Source: Devosia sp.
GTDB lineage: Bacteria > Pseudomonadota > Alphaproteobacteria > Rhizobiales > Devosiaceae
Reading direction: 5' to 3'
NCBI GenBank assembly: GCA_028290225.1
Contig: JAQGKH010000310.1
Location: 1-37,037, forward strand
Length of the DNA: 37,037 nucleotides
Part shown: piece by piece, positions 27,142 through 36,491 of the stretch
How the letters are laid out: each line of letters opens with the position of its first letter
Position numbering within the stretch: the stretch's first letter is position 1
Notes under the pieces: model-generated
Database searches by the model: none
What the model was told of the DNA's origin: nothing
What the model saw: only the letters and a program-made list of their open reading frames with translations
Translations under genes and position numbers: made by a program

Positions 27142-27429
27142 TTGATCCGCCATATCGTTTTTTTCACCGCCAGTTCCCCCGACCGGATCGATGCCATTTG
27201 CGAAGGACTGGAGTTGCTCGGCACGATCCCGCATTCGCAGCATTTCGAGGTGAGGCGCAACAGCAAGGTCGACCAGATTTCCAACGAGGTGGATGTGGTG
27301 GTATATGCTGAATTCGCCGATGCGGCTGCGCTGGCCTCCTACAAGGCGCATCCGACTTATGACGAAGCCACCCGACAGGTGCGGCCGCTCCGTGATTTGC
27401 GGCTTTCCGCAGACTTCGAGGCGAAATAA
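27142..27429 (+). CDS. Dabb (stress-responsive A/B barrel) family protein
   Basis: MIRHIVFF..F.D..AL..Y..HP.Y..DF; TTG start with AGGAG RBS. Confidence 0.88.
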   Translation: MIRHIVFFTASSPDRIDAICEGLELLGTIPHSQHFEVRRNSKVDQISNEVDVVVYAEFADAAALASYKAHPTYDEATRQVRPLRDLRLSADFEAK

Positions 27430-27459
27430 AAAAGCCGGCCACAGGGGCCGGCTCTTGTT
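27428..27459. terminator. Bidirectional intrinsic terminator
   Basis: AAAAA-AGCCGGCC-acagg-GGCCGGCT-cttgtt between convergent Dabb and grxD genes. Confidence 0.75.
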
Positions 27460-27474
27460 GTCAGCATCGATTGA

Positions 27475-27810
27475 TCAGGCGGATTGCTTGACCGCAATGC
27501 CGGCCTGCTCGAAATGCGACTGCAGTTCGCCCGCCTGGAACATTTCGCGCACGATATCGGCGCCGCCGACAAATTCACCCTTCACATAAAGCTGGGGGAT
27601 GGTTGGCCAGTTGGTATAGGCCTTGATGCCGTCGCGCAGTTCGGCGCTTTCCAGCACATTGGCGCTGCTGTAATCGACGCCAAGATAGTTGAGGATCTGG
27701 ACGACCTGGCCGGAAAAGCCGCATTGCGGGAAATCGGGCGACCCCTTCATGAAGAGGAAGACGTCGTTGTTCTTTACCTTGTCGTCGATGAAGGCGTTGA
27801 TATCGGTCAT
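27475..27810 (-). CDS. grxD: Monothiol glutaredoxin Grx4
   Basis: [27 protein letters not shown]. Confidence 0.97.
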   Translation of the reverse strand: MTDINAFIDDKVKNNDVFLFMKGSPDFPQCGFSGQVVQILNYLGVDYSSANVLESAELRDGIKAYTNWPTIPQLYVKGEFVGGADIVREMFQAGELQSHFEQAGIAVKQSA

Positions 27811-27912
27811 GGCTGCTCTCGCTTGCGCGGTCCGACAGGCGGACCCTGTTGGAAGATAGATAGGTGATCACTCAGGCGGTGTCGAGAACCGCCACAGATG
27901 ATTCCGGCGCGG

Positions 27913-28230
27913 CTAGCGCCTGGAGGGTACGGCGCCCAAACCAGCAAGGACCTCGGCTGGAATGCCGAGATCGCGGATAACATCGTTGTGGCGGCGAAAG
28001 CCAATCAGTTCACGTTGAACAAAATAGGCCCACACAGCCTGCCGCGCGTCATCAAGGCGTTGTTGGCGATCAGCTTGCGCACCGGCAAGATCTGCCACGG
28101 TCTGTTTGACGCGTGCTTCGGCGCTGCCGAGAGACGAAGCACGCTCGGCCACGATCTCGTGTTCCAGTGCCGAGGTGCCTGTTTCAGGCCGCACCATGCG
28201 GATCAGATCAAGCGAGTCGCGCAGCGACAC
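27913..28230 (-). CDS. Conserved alphaproteobacterial hypothetical protein (DUF6665-like)
   Basis: LEHEI..ERASSLG..AVWAYFVQRELIG..IP.EVLA.LG; GTG start with GGAG RBS, 5 nt after the bolA stop. Confidence 0.8.
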   Translation of the reverse strand: MSLRDSLDLIRMVRPETGTSALEHEIVAERASSLGSAEARVKQTVADLAGAQADRQQRLDDARQAVWAYFVQRELIGFRRHNDVIRDLGIPAEVLAGLGAVPSRR

Positions 28231-28235
28231 AGTGG

Positions 28236-28472
28236 CTACTCCGATGGAGCGCTGGTCTGGAGCGCCAGGGCATGCAGGGCGCCCCCCATGTCGCCGCCGA
28301 TTGCCTGATAAACGATCTGGTGCTGCTGCACGCGCGACTTGCCCTTGAAGGCACTGGAGATAACCGTGGCGGCATAGTGATCGCCATCCCCCGCCAGATC
28401 ACGGATATCGATCTCGGCATCGGGAAGGGCGGCCTTGATGCGGCGCTCGATTTCGGTGGCATCCATAGCCAT
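28236..28472 (-). CDS. bolA: BolA/IbaG family protein
   Basis: DLAGDGDHY, FKGKSRVQQHQIVY, LHALALQT. GGAG RBS before ATG 28472. Confidence 0.95.
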   Translation of the reverse strand: MAMDATEIERRIKAALPDAEIDIRDLAGDGDHYAATVISSAFKGKSRVQQHQIVYQAIGGDMGGALHALALQTSAPSE

Positions 28473-28541
28473 TGCACTACTCCCCGGAAATTTCCGGCCG
28501 GGCGGCCGGTTTCCTCCATATGGCATTTGCCCTGCAGGGCT

Positions 28542-30791
28542 TCAATGGCCGGCGTTGTCAGCCTGCTGCCCCTGCATGAAGGCAGGAAACCAGCTTTCAT
28601 GCGCGTTTCTCAGATCAGCCACAGGGACGGGTCTGGCCGAGCCGAGAACCAGCGCGGTACCGCCGGTGGAGCCGATCCAGGGCGCAAAGATGCCGAGGCG
28701 CTGCGCTTCGTCCCACAATGCGGCCAATTCCTTGCCTTGCGGATCCAGGCTCACGGTCACGAGGTAGCGGCCCTGATCTTCGGCGAAATACTGCAGGATC
28801 GGGTCCTGATCGCTCAGATCGACGATCTCTGCCCCGATGCCCGAGGCAATGGCCATTTCGGCCAGCCCGATACCCAGGCCGCCATCCGACAGATCATGGA
28901 CAGCAGTGGCGACGCCTGAGCGGATCAGCCCGCGCACGAAATCGCCGGTGCGCTTCTCATGGGCAAGATCGACCTTTGGAGGCGCACCGTCGGCACGGCC
29001 GAACAGGTCACGCAGATAGATCGACTGACCCAGATGCGTTCCCCGGCTCGGTGGGGCACCGACGAGCAGGATGACTTGTCCGGGGGCGGCGAAGCCGACG
29101 CGTGACATCTGCGACCAATCGTCCAGCAGACCGACCCCGCCGATCGTGGGGGTCGGCAGAATGCCCTGGCCGTTGGTCTCGTTGTAAAGCGACACATTGC
29201 CCGAAACGATGGGAAAACCCAGTACGCGGCAAGCCTCGCCGATGCCCTTGATGGCCCCGACCAGCTGGCCCATGATTTCGGGGCGCTCGGGATTGCCGAA
29301 ATTGAGATTGTCCGTAGCCGCGAGCGGCTCGGCACCCGTGGCCGTCAGGTTGCGCCAGCATTCGGCCACCGCCTGCTTGCCGCCTTCAAAAGGATCGGCC
29401 TCGCAATACCGGGGCGTCACGTCCGAGGAGAAGGCAAGCGCCTTCGTTGGGTGGCCATCAACGCGGATGACGCCGGCGTCGCCACCTGGCCGCTGGAGCG
29501 AGTTTCCCCCGATCAAGGTATCGTACTGTTCGTAAACCCAGCGCCGAGAGGCAATCTGGTGGCTGCCCATGAGCTGGATCAGCGCGTCGGCGACATCCAT
29601 CTGCGGCACATCGTTGGCCGCCAAAGGAGCAGGGCGGGTCGGCTCGGTCCAGGGGCGATCATATTCGGGAGCCTCGTCGCCGAGGTCCTTGATGGGGAGG
29701 TTGGCCACCTCCTCGCCGTGCCACAGCACCCGGAAGCGCAGATCGTCTGTTGTCTTGCCGACGGTAGCGAAATCGAGCTCCCACTTCTGGAAGACGGCGC
29801 GCGCTTCGGCTTCCTTTTCCGGGTGCAGCACCATCAGCATGCGCTCCTGGGATTCGGAGAGCATCATCTCGTAGGGCGTCATTTCGGTTTCGCGGACCGG
29901 GACCATGTCGAGGTTGAGTTCGATACCAAGATCGCCCTTGGCGCCCATCTCCACGGCCGAGCAGGTGAGGCCGGCGGCGCCCATGTCCTGAATGGCGATA
30001 ACGGCTCCAGTGGCCATGAGCTCAAGGCAAGCTTCAAGCAGGCGCTTTTCGGTAAAGGGGTCGCCGACCTGCACCGTAGGGCGCTTTTCGTCGATGTCGT
30101 CGCCGAACTCTGCCGACGCCATGGTGGCACCGCCAACGCCATCACGGCCCGTCTTGGCGCCGAGATAAACCACCGGCAGGCCAACACCTTCGGCTTTGGA
30201 ATAAAAGATCTTGTCGGTATCGGCAAGGCCGGCGGCAAAGGCATTGACGAGGATGTTGCCGTTGTAGCGCGGATCGAACTCGACCTCGCCGCCCACGGTG
30301 GGCACGCCAAAGGCATTGCCGTAGCCGCCGATGCCCGCAACCACGCCCGACACGAGGTGGCGGGTTTTCTCGTGGTCAGGAGCGCCAAAACGCAGCGCGT
30401 TCATCGCGGCGACCGGACGCGCACCCATGGTGAAAACGTCGCGCAGGATGCCGCCCATGCCCGTGCCGGCCCCCTGATAGGGCTCGATGAAGCTGGGGTG
30501 ATTATGGGACTCCATCTTGAAGACCACGGCCTGGCCATCGCCGATATCCACCACGCCGGCATTTTCACCCGGCCCCTGGATCACGCGGGGACCGGAAGTA
30601 GGCAGGGTCTTGAGCCACTTCTTGGAGGACTTGTACGAGCAGTGTTCGTTCCACATCGCCGAGAAGATGCCCAGTTCGGTATAGGTCGGCTGCCGACCGA
30701 TCAGGGCGAGGATCTTTTCGAACACGTCGGGCTTGAGCCCATGGTCGGCGACCAGTTCGGGCGTGATGGCAATGTGGTTGTCGTATGGCAT
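28542..30791 (-). CDS. purL: Phosphoribosylformylglycinamidine synthase subunit PurL
   Basis: [50 protein letters not shown]. Confidence 0.98.
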   Translation of the reverse strand: MPYDNHIAITPELVADHGLKPDVFEKILALIGRQPTYTELGIFSAMWNEHCSYKSSKKWLKTLPTSGPRVIQGPGENAGVVDIGDGQAVVFKMESHNHPSFIEPYQGAGTGMGGILRDVFTMGARPVAAMNALRFGAPDHEKTRHLVSGVVAGIGGYGNAFGVPTVGGEVEFDPRYNGNILVNAFAAGLADTDKIFYSKAEGVGLPVVYLGAKTGRDGVGGATMASAEFGDDIDEKRPTVQVGDPFTEKRLLEACLELMATGAVIAIQDMGAAGLTCSAVEMGAKGDLGIELNLDMVPVRETEMTPYEMMLSESQERMLMVLHPEKEAEARAVFQKWELDFATVGKTTDDLRFRVLWHGEEVANLPIKDLGDEAPEYDRPWTEPTRPAPLAANDVPQMDVADALIQLMGSHQIASRRWVYEQYDTLIGGNSLQRPGGDAGVIRVDGHPTKALAFSSDVTPRYCEADPFEGGKQAVAECWRNLTATGAEPLAATDNLNFGNPERPEIMGQLVGAIKGIGEACRVLGFPIVSGNVSLYNETNGQGILPTPTIGGVGLLDDWSQMSRVGFAAPGQVILLVGAPPSRGTHLGQSIYLRDLFGRADGAPPKVDLAHEKRTGDFVRGLIRSGVATAVHDLSDGGLGIGLAEMAIASGIGAEIVDLSDQDPILQYFAEDQGRYLVTVSLDPQGKELAALWDEAQRLGIFAPWIGSTGGTALVLGSARPVPVADLRNAHESWFPAFMQGQQADNAGH

Positions 30792-30820
30792 AGGGAACTG
30801 TCCGGCTGGAGCGGCTGTGG

Positions 30821-31489
30821 TTAGGCGACGAGGTCGAGCGCGCTGGCAAACAGCGCGCGGCCGTCATTACCGCCATGGGCGGGTTCGATCAGGTTTTCCG
30901 GGTGCGGCATCAGCCCGAGAACGTTCTTGTTCTCGTTTAGAATGCCGGCAATGTCGTTGATCGAGCCGTTGGGGTTGGTCCCTTCCGCATAGCGGAACGC
31001 CACCTGGCCATTGCCCTCGAGGCGGGCAATGGTTTGGGGATCGGCGAAGTAGTTGCCGTCATGGTGGGCGACGGGGCACCGAACCACCTGATCCTGCTCG
31101 TAGAGCCGGGTGAAGGGCGTATCGGCGTTCGTGACCTGGAGCTTCACTTCCCGGCAAACGAATTTGAGAGAAGTGTTGCGCATCAGCGCGCCAGGCAGCA
31201 GGCCGGCTTCGGTGAGAATCTGAAAGCCATTGCAGACACCCAGCACCTTGACGCCGTCGGCGGCACGCTCACGCACCGCATCCATGATCGGGGAACGGGC
31301 GGCGATGGCGCCGCAGCGCAGGTAATCGCCATAAGAAAAGCCGCCGGGAATGACGATGAGGTCGGCTTCGGGCAGATCGCGCTCGCCATGCCAGACCGTT
31401 GCTGGCGCACGGCCGGAGATCTTGGTGAGCGCTGCGACCATGTCACGGTCGCGGTTAAGCCCTGGAAAGATGATGACAGCGGCCTTCAT
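30821..31489 (-). CDS. purQ: Phosphoribosylformylglycinamidine synthase subunit PurQ
   Basis: [28 protein letters not shown]. Confidence 0.98.
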   Translation of the reverse strand: MKAAVIIFPGLNRDRDMVAALTKISGRAPATVWHGERDLPEADLIVIPGGFSYGDYLRCGAIAARSPIMDAVRERAADGVKVLGVCNGFQILTEAGLLPGALMRNTSLKFVCREVKLQVTNADTPFTRLYEQDQVVRCPVAHHDGNYFADPQTIARLEGNGQVAFRYAEGTNPNGSINDIAGILNENKNVLGLMPHPENLIEPAHGGNDGRALFASALDLVA

Positions 31490-31575
31490 CGGCGGGGTCC
31501 TCGCGAGCTAGGGATGCGCGGGCACCTTGTCGTGACTCCAGCCGCAAAAGGCAAGAGCCTAGTCCGGCAGACCTG

Positions 31576-32658
31576 CTATTCGGCGGGTGTTTGCACCGGC
31601 ATTGCGACACCCCTGCGCGCGCCGGGCGTGCCGGGCAGGCGTGCCCAGGCCGGCCGCTCGAACAGGAACTGACCGCGCCCGCTCCACTGGATCAGTGCGT
31701 AAAGTACCAGCGGGCCACCGACCGCCGTGGCCATCACCACCGTGCTGACCAGATCGGCATTGGTGAAGCCGAGCTTGATGAGCAGGATGCGCGTGACTGC
31801 CATGGGAAGCGCGAAGGCCAGGTAAACGACGATGGACTTGCTGCCCAGCCAGCGCAGCCAGTCCATCACGGCCAGTTTGGACAGCAGCCCGGCCAGGACG
31901 CAAAGCCCGAACGAGCCCATCAGCGCCAGAACGACGTGAATGCCGGGAGCGGTGGACCAACCCATATGGATGGTCATGGGCAGGACGCGATAACCTGGCG
32001 AAAACACCAGCAGCGTTTGGAGCACGGCCCAGATGGCCAGACCCGCCACTGCCCTCAAGACGTTGTTTTGCGCCCAAGCCACGAGCCGGAACAACAATGG
32101 GGCAAACACATAGCCGGCATAGAAATAGATGAAATGCTCGGCAAACTGGTCGATCAGGTAAGAGCCGGTTTGAACCGGAGCCATCTGCAGCAGGGTAGCG
32201 CCGGCAAGCACCAGCCAGTGCGGCGCCCGGGCATCATGCAGCAGTTTTGCCGCCGCACTGAAGATCGCCAGCAAATAGATGAACCACAACACGCCATAGG
32301 GCTCGACCACGGCCAGGCCGATATGGGCAAGTGCCGTTACGGGGTGGCCGGTGCCCACGGCTTCCTTGAACAGGATGTGGATCACCGCCCAAAGGGCGTA
32401 GAAATAAAAGTAGTGAACAACTCGCCGGTCAGCATAGCGTCGCCAGTCGCGACCAATCACCTGAGAAAGAAAGAGGCCCGAAATCAGAAAGAATTCGGGC
32501 ATCCGGAACGGTGAACACCAGGCGATGATCCAGTGCATGTAGCTGACAGTGCCGGTCACTTCACCGACACCGATGGCGGAATGCATCATGACCACGAGGA
32601 GGATGGAGATACCCTTAGCGGTATCAACCCAGTCCAGGCGCTGATTGTTCTCGCTCAT
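31576..32658 (-). CDS. Membrane acyltransferase, Acyl_transf_3 (OafA/YrhL-like)
   Basis: RLDWVDTAKGISILLVV..H, FRMPEFFLISG, LWFIYLL, LG..S..VYL. GGAG RBS before ATG 32658. Confidence 0.9.
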   Translation of the reverse strand: MSENNQRLDWVDTAKGISILLVVMMHSAIGVGEVTGTVSYMHWIIAWCSPFRMPEFFLISGLFLSQVIGRDWRRYADRRVVHYFYFYALWAVIHILFKEAVGTGHPVTALAHIGLAVVEPYGVLWFIYLLAIFSAAAKLLHDARAPHWLVLAGATLLQMAPVQTGSYLIDQFAEHFIYFYAGYVFAPLLFRLVAWAQNNVLRAVAGLAIWAVLQTLLVFSPGYRVLPMTIHMGWSTAPGIHVVLALMGSFGLCVLAGLLSKLAVMDWLRWLGSKSIVVYLAFALPMAVTRILLIKLGFTNADLVSTVVMATAVGGPLVLYALIQWSGRGQFLFERPAWARLPGTPGARRGVAMPVQTPAE

Positions 32659-32805
32659 GGTACCGCTCCGATCGCCGCTCCAGGCCCTTGATAGGCCCAA
32701 TCAGCGTCGAGGTCTGGCATGAGCTGGAATTAGGCTTAACGCCAAGCTTGCCTCTAAAAAGTCGAGTTGAGCCTGCTTGCTGGCACAGCAGCCTTCGGCT
32801 CCGGG

Positions 32806-32889
32806 TCAGACCGGAACCGAAGCGTAGGCGGCAAACATCAGGCCGAGAGTGGCAAAAAACATGACCGAGAGGGAGACGGTTTTGAGCAT
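32806..32889 (-). CDS. Candidate 27-aa hydrophobic small protein
   Basis: MLKTVSLSVMFFATLGLMFAAYASVPV*; AGGA 10 nt upstream; codons mostly C/G-ending; below ORF-track cutoff. Confidence 0.5.
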   Translation of the reverse strand: MLKTVSLSVMFFATLGLMFAAYASVPV

Positions 32890-32945
32890 GGCAATATGGT
32901 CCTGCGCCACCAAGACGGCGCGACTAGAGGTGTAGCCCTAAGGCG

Positions 32946-33188
32946 TTAATCGAGGATTTCGACGGCGTAGTTTTCGATCACTGTGTTCGCAAGAAGGCGC
33001 TCGCACATGTTGTTGATCTGGGAACGCGCATCTGACTCCTCGGTTCCGTCCACCTCGATATCGAAGACCTTCCCCTGTCGCACGGATGCAACACCCGCAA
33101 ATCCCAAACTGGCCAAAGATCCTTCAATTGCTTGACCTTGCGGGTCGAGCACGCCAGCTTTGAGCGTGACGGTGACGCGGGCTTTCAT
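32946..33188 (-). CDS. purS: Phosphoribosylformylglycinamidine synthase subunit PurS
   Basis: VLDPQG, VRQGK, LLANTVIENY. Confidence 0.97.
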   Translation of the reverse strand: MKARVTVTLKAGVLDPQGQAIEGSLASLGFAGVASVRQGKVFDIEVDGTEESDARSQINNMCERLLANTVIENYAVEILD

Positions 33189-33209
33189 GGAATTGTCCTA
33201 AACGGCAGG

Positions 33210-33974
33210 TTACTGGACCAGACGAGGGCCGGTGGTCAGGGCATTGTCGGTTTCCACGAGAATGCCGAGACGCTGCGCGACCTCGCGATACGACTCAACC
33301 AACCCGCCAAGATCTTCGCGGAAGCGGTCCTTGTCGAGCTTGTTGCGGGTCTTGATATCCCACAGGCGGCAGCTATCGGGCGAAATCTCATCGGCCAGGA
33401 CGATGCGCATCATGTCGCCTTCATACAGCCGGCCGCACTCGATCTTGAAGTCGACGAGCTGAATCCCGACGCCCATGAACAGGCCAGTCAGGAAGTCGTT
33501 GACGCGGATTGCCAGCGACATGATGTCGTCCAGCTCGGCGGGGGTCGCCCAGCCAAAGGCGGTGATATGCTCTTCGGAGACCATGGGATCGCCCAGGGCA
33601 TCATCCTTGTAGCAGAACTCGATGATGGAACGGGGCAATTGTGTGCCGGGCTCAAGTCCCAAGCGCTTGACCAGAGAACCTGCGGCGTAATTGCGCACGA
33701 TGATCTCGAGCGGAATGATCTCCACTTCCTTGATCAACTGTTCGCGCATGTTGATGCGCTTGAGGAAATGCGTGGGGATGCCCAAGCCATTGAGCTTGGT
33801 GAAGATGAACTCGCTGATCCGGTTATTGAGCACGCCCTTGCCGTCGATGACGTCGTGCTTGGCACCGTTGCCGGCAGTGGCATCGTCCTTGAAATATTGC
33901 ACCAGCGTCCCGGGTTCGGGACCTTCAAAAAGAATCTTGGCCTTGCCTTCATAGATTCTGCGCCGACGGGTCAT
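33210..33974 (-). CDS. purC: SAICAR synthetase
   Basis: [49 protein letters not shown]. Start at ATG 33974. Confidence 0.98.
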   Translation of the reverse strand: MTRRRRIYEGKAKILFEGPEPGTLVQYFKDDATAGNGAKHDVIDGKGVLNNRISEFIFTKLNGLGIPTHFLKRINMREQLIKEVEIIPLEIIVRNYAAGSLVKRLGLEPGTQLPRSIIEFCYKDDALGDPMVSEEHITAFGWATPAELDDIMSLAIRVNDFLTGLFMGVGIQLVDFKIECGRLYEGDMMRIVLADEISPDSCRLWDIKTRNKLDKDRFREDLGGLVESYREVAQRLGILVETDNALTTGPRLVQ

Positions 33975-34206
33975 GAGGGGTCCAATGACGGTGAAGGAAG
34001 GGGATGAATTTGGCCGCTTCATGCGCCAGAAGTGAGCAAAAATGCAAGCTCTTTCGAGTCATGGGTCGTCGGCGCGACGCGCAGGGTAGGGCACAAGGCA
34101 GTCAGCCATGCAGGCGTCCCACCGTTGATTTGGTCAACCGTACAGCCTATGTCCATGACCTAAGCCGCCCCGAGGTGAGGGCGGGCCAGAGCAATCGGAG
34201 TGTTGC

Positions 34207-34530
34207 ATGAGCGGGTTCGACGATCGCGCGCGGGGCGAAGAAACTAAGTTCGCATTTGATGCTGAAAGGCAGTTCAAGGCCGAGGCGCGCCGCAACAAGC
34301 TGCTGGGTATCTGGGCGGCGGAACTGATGAGTCTGCCTTCGGACGAAGCCAAAAGCTATGCGGCCGAAGTGGTGGCGGCCGATTTTGCCGAAGCCGGTGA
34401 CGAGGACGTGTTCCGCAAGGTGTCCGGCGATCTCAGGGGCAAGGGGCTCAACATCGGCGACGACGTGATTCGCCAAAAGATGCTGCAGCTCAAGCAAACC
34501 GCCCGCGAGCAGATAGCCGCCGAAGGTTAA
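34207..34530 (+). CDS. DUF1476 protein, F1Fo ATP synthase zeta inhibitory subunit family
   Basis: MSGFDDRARGEETKFAFDAERQFKAEARRNKLLGIWAA..GDEDVFRKV..DL resembles the Paracoccus denitrificans zeta N-terminus (from memory); GGAG RBS. Confidence 0.9.
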   Translation: MSGFDDRARGEETKFAFDAERQFKAEARRNKLLGIWAAELMSLPSDEAKSYAAEVVAADFAEAGDEDVFRKVSGDLRGKGLNIGDDVIRQKMLQLKQTAREQIAAEG

Positions 34531-34548
34531 GTCCGGCGAAGCCACGAC

Positions 34549-34580
34549 AAGAACCCGCGAGCCTGGCCCGCGGGTTTTCT
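34549..34580. terminator. Intrinsic terminator between convergent genes
   Basis: AACCCGCG...CGCGGGTT followed by TTCT. Confidence 0.65.
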
Positions 34581-35136
34581 ATTGGCGGATGCGCTGCATC
34601 AGGCGCGTGAACATCAGCAGGCCTTCGGGCCATGGCCCGTGCCCGGAGGCGACATTGATGTGGCCGGCTTCACCCGCTTCATGGAATTCCGATCCCCAGC
34701 AAGTCGAGAACTCGACCGCCCGCTCGACGCTGCAATAGGGATCGTTGCTTGACGCCACCAGCAGGGAAGGGAAGGGCAGGGGATCGCGCGCGATAGGACG
34801 GAAGGGCAGGGTGGGGGGCGGAGCTTCCGGATGCAGCTCCACATCTGGCGGGGCGACCAGAAAGGCGCCGCGCACCTTGGTGTCGGTCAGGCGACCGGCG
34901 GCCGCGACGGCAGCCAGAACACCCAGGGAGTGGGCGACAAGAACGACAGGTCGCGTCGCCATCAACACTGCCATTTCGATGGTCGAGGCCCAGTCATCGG
35001 GATCGGGCTCCGCCCAGTCGGCTTGTTCGACAATGAAAGCGTTGGCCATGCGCTCGGCCCAGCGATGCTGCCAGTGACCGGACGGCGAGCCGCCTAGGCC
35101 CGGTATGATCAGGATGTCAGCTTCAGACAGCTTCAT
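34579..35136 (-). CDS. RBBP9/YdeN family alpha/beta serine hydrolase
   Basis: IPGLGGS..HWQ, VAHSLG, LVAPPD, SSNDPY, AGHIN..G.GPWPEG; ATGA overlap with the purB stop. Confidence 0.92.
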   Translation of the reverse strand: MKLSEADILIIPGLGGSPSGHWQHRWAERMANAFIVEQADWAEPDPDDWASTIEMAVLMATRPVVLVAHSLGVLAAVAAAGRLTDTKVRGAFLVAPPDVELHPEAPPPTLPFRPIARDPLPFPSLLVASSNDPYCSVERAVEFSTCWGSEFHEAGEAGHINVASGHGPWPEGLLMFTRLMQRIRQ

Positions 35137-36470
35137 GCCGTTTCCCCGAATACCCGCGCAAAGATCGTGTCGACATGCTTGAGATGATAGGCATCGTCGA
35201 ACATGGCGTCGATCTGCTCATCGGTGAGTGAGACGGCTGGATCGGATTTGAGATTACGCGCGAACTGGCCGGTGCGGTCGCCGCGCATTTCCCAGACCTG
35301 CATGGCATTGCGCTGCACGGCGGCATAGCTGTCCTCGCGCGAATACCCCGCCTGGGTGAGGGCCAGCAGCACACGCTGCGAATTGTGGAGCCCGCCCAGC
35401 AGATCCAGATTGCGGCGCATGTTTTCGGGGTAAACCACGAGCTTTTCGATAACGCCGGTGAGGCGCGCCAGGGCGAAATCCAGGGTGATGGTGGCGTCCG
35501 GGCCGATCATGCGCTCCACGGAGGAGTGGGAGATATCGCGCTCGTGCCACAGGGCGACATTCTCCAGCGCCGGGGTGACCATGCCCCTTACGAGGCGAGC
35601 AAGGCCCGTGAGGTTTTCTGTCAAAACCGGATTGCGCTTGTGCGGCATGGCCGAGGAGCCCTTCTGGCCGGGCGAGAAATATTCCTCGGCCTCCAGCACC
35701 TCGGTGCGCTGCAGGTGGCGAATCTCGACCGCAACCCGCTCGATGGAGGATGCGACCACGCCCAAGATAGCAAAGAACATGGCGTGGCGATCGCGTGGAA
35801 TCACCTGCGTCGAGACCGGCTCGATGGCGAGGCCGAGCTTTTCGGCGACATATTGCTCAACCGACGGATCGATATTGGCGAAGGTGCCGATGGCGCCGGA
35901 GATGGCGGCCGTAGCGATTTCCTCCCGGGCATGGACGAGGCGCTGCCGGTTTCGGGTGAACTCCGCGAAAGCTTCGGCCAGCTTGACGCCGAAAGTGGTG
36001 GGTTCGGCATGGATGCCGTGCGAACGGCCGATGGTGATGGTGTGCTTGTGCTCCAAAGCGCGGCGCTTGAGGGCGGCAAGCAGAGCATCGATGTCGGCGA
36101 TCAGGAGGTCGGCGGCGCGGGCCAGTTGCACCGACAGGGTGGTGTCAAGGATATCGGACGACGTCATGCCTTGATGCACAAAGCGCGCTTCGGGTCCGAC
36201 GATTTCGGACAGGTGAGTAAGAAAGGCGATAACATCGTGCTTGGTGGTGCGCTCGATTTCATCGATTCGCGCCACATCGAACCCGTAGCCGCCCAGTTCG
36301 GCCTTGCGGGCATTCATCACATCCCAGATCTTCTGCGCCGCTTCCTCGGGCACGACGCCGAGCTCGGCCAGCTTGGTAGTCGCATGTGCCTCGATCTCGA
36401 ACCAGATGGCAAACCGGGTTTCGGCAGACCAGATGGTGACCATGTCGGGGCGGGAATAGCGAGGGATCAT
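35133..36470 (-). CDS. purB: Adenylosuccinate lyase
   Basis: MIPRYSR, KHDVIAF, TSSD, GRSHGIHAEPTTFG, GSSAMPHKRNP. Confidence 0.98.
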   Translation of the reverse strand: MIPRYSRPDMVTIWSAETRFAIWFEIEAHATTKLAELGVVPEEAAQKIWDVMNARKAELGGYGFDVARIDEIERTTKHDVIAFLTHLSEIVGPEARFVHQGMTSSDILDTTLSVQLARAADLLIADIDALLAALKRRALEHKHTITIGRSHGIHAEPTTFGVKLAEAFAEFTRNRQRLVHAREEIATAAISGAIGTFANIDPSVEQYVAEKLGLAIEPVSTQVIPRDRHAMFFAILGVVASSIERVAVEIRHLQRTEVLEAEEYFSPGQKGSSAMPHKRNPVLTENLTGLARLVRGMVTPALENVALWHERDISHSSVERMIGPDATITLDFALARLTGVIEKLVVYPENMRRNLDLLGGLHNSQRVLLALTQAGYSREDSYAAVQRNAMQVWEMRGDRTGQFARNLKSDPAVSLTDEQIDAMFDDAYHLKHVDTIFARVFGETA

Positions 36471-36491
36471 CGGTCGGAGCTTCCTGGATTT

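Noticed and set aside
34125-34137. FNR/FixK-like box TTGATTTGGTCAA upstream of the zeta gene
   Set aside because: One base too short (TTGA-N5-TCAA versus N6); may simply be a -35 element.
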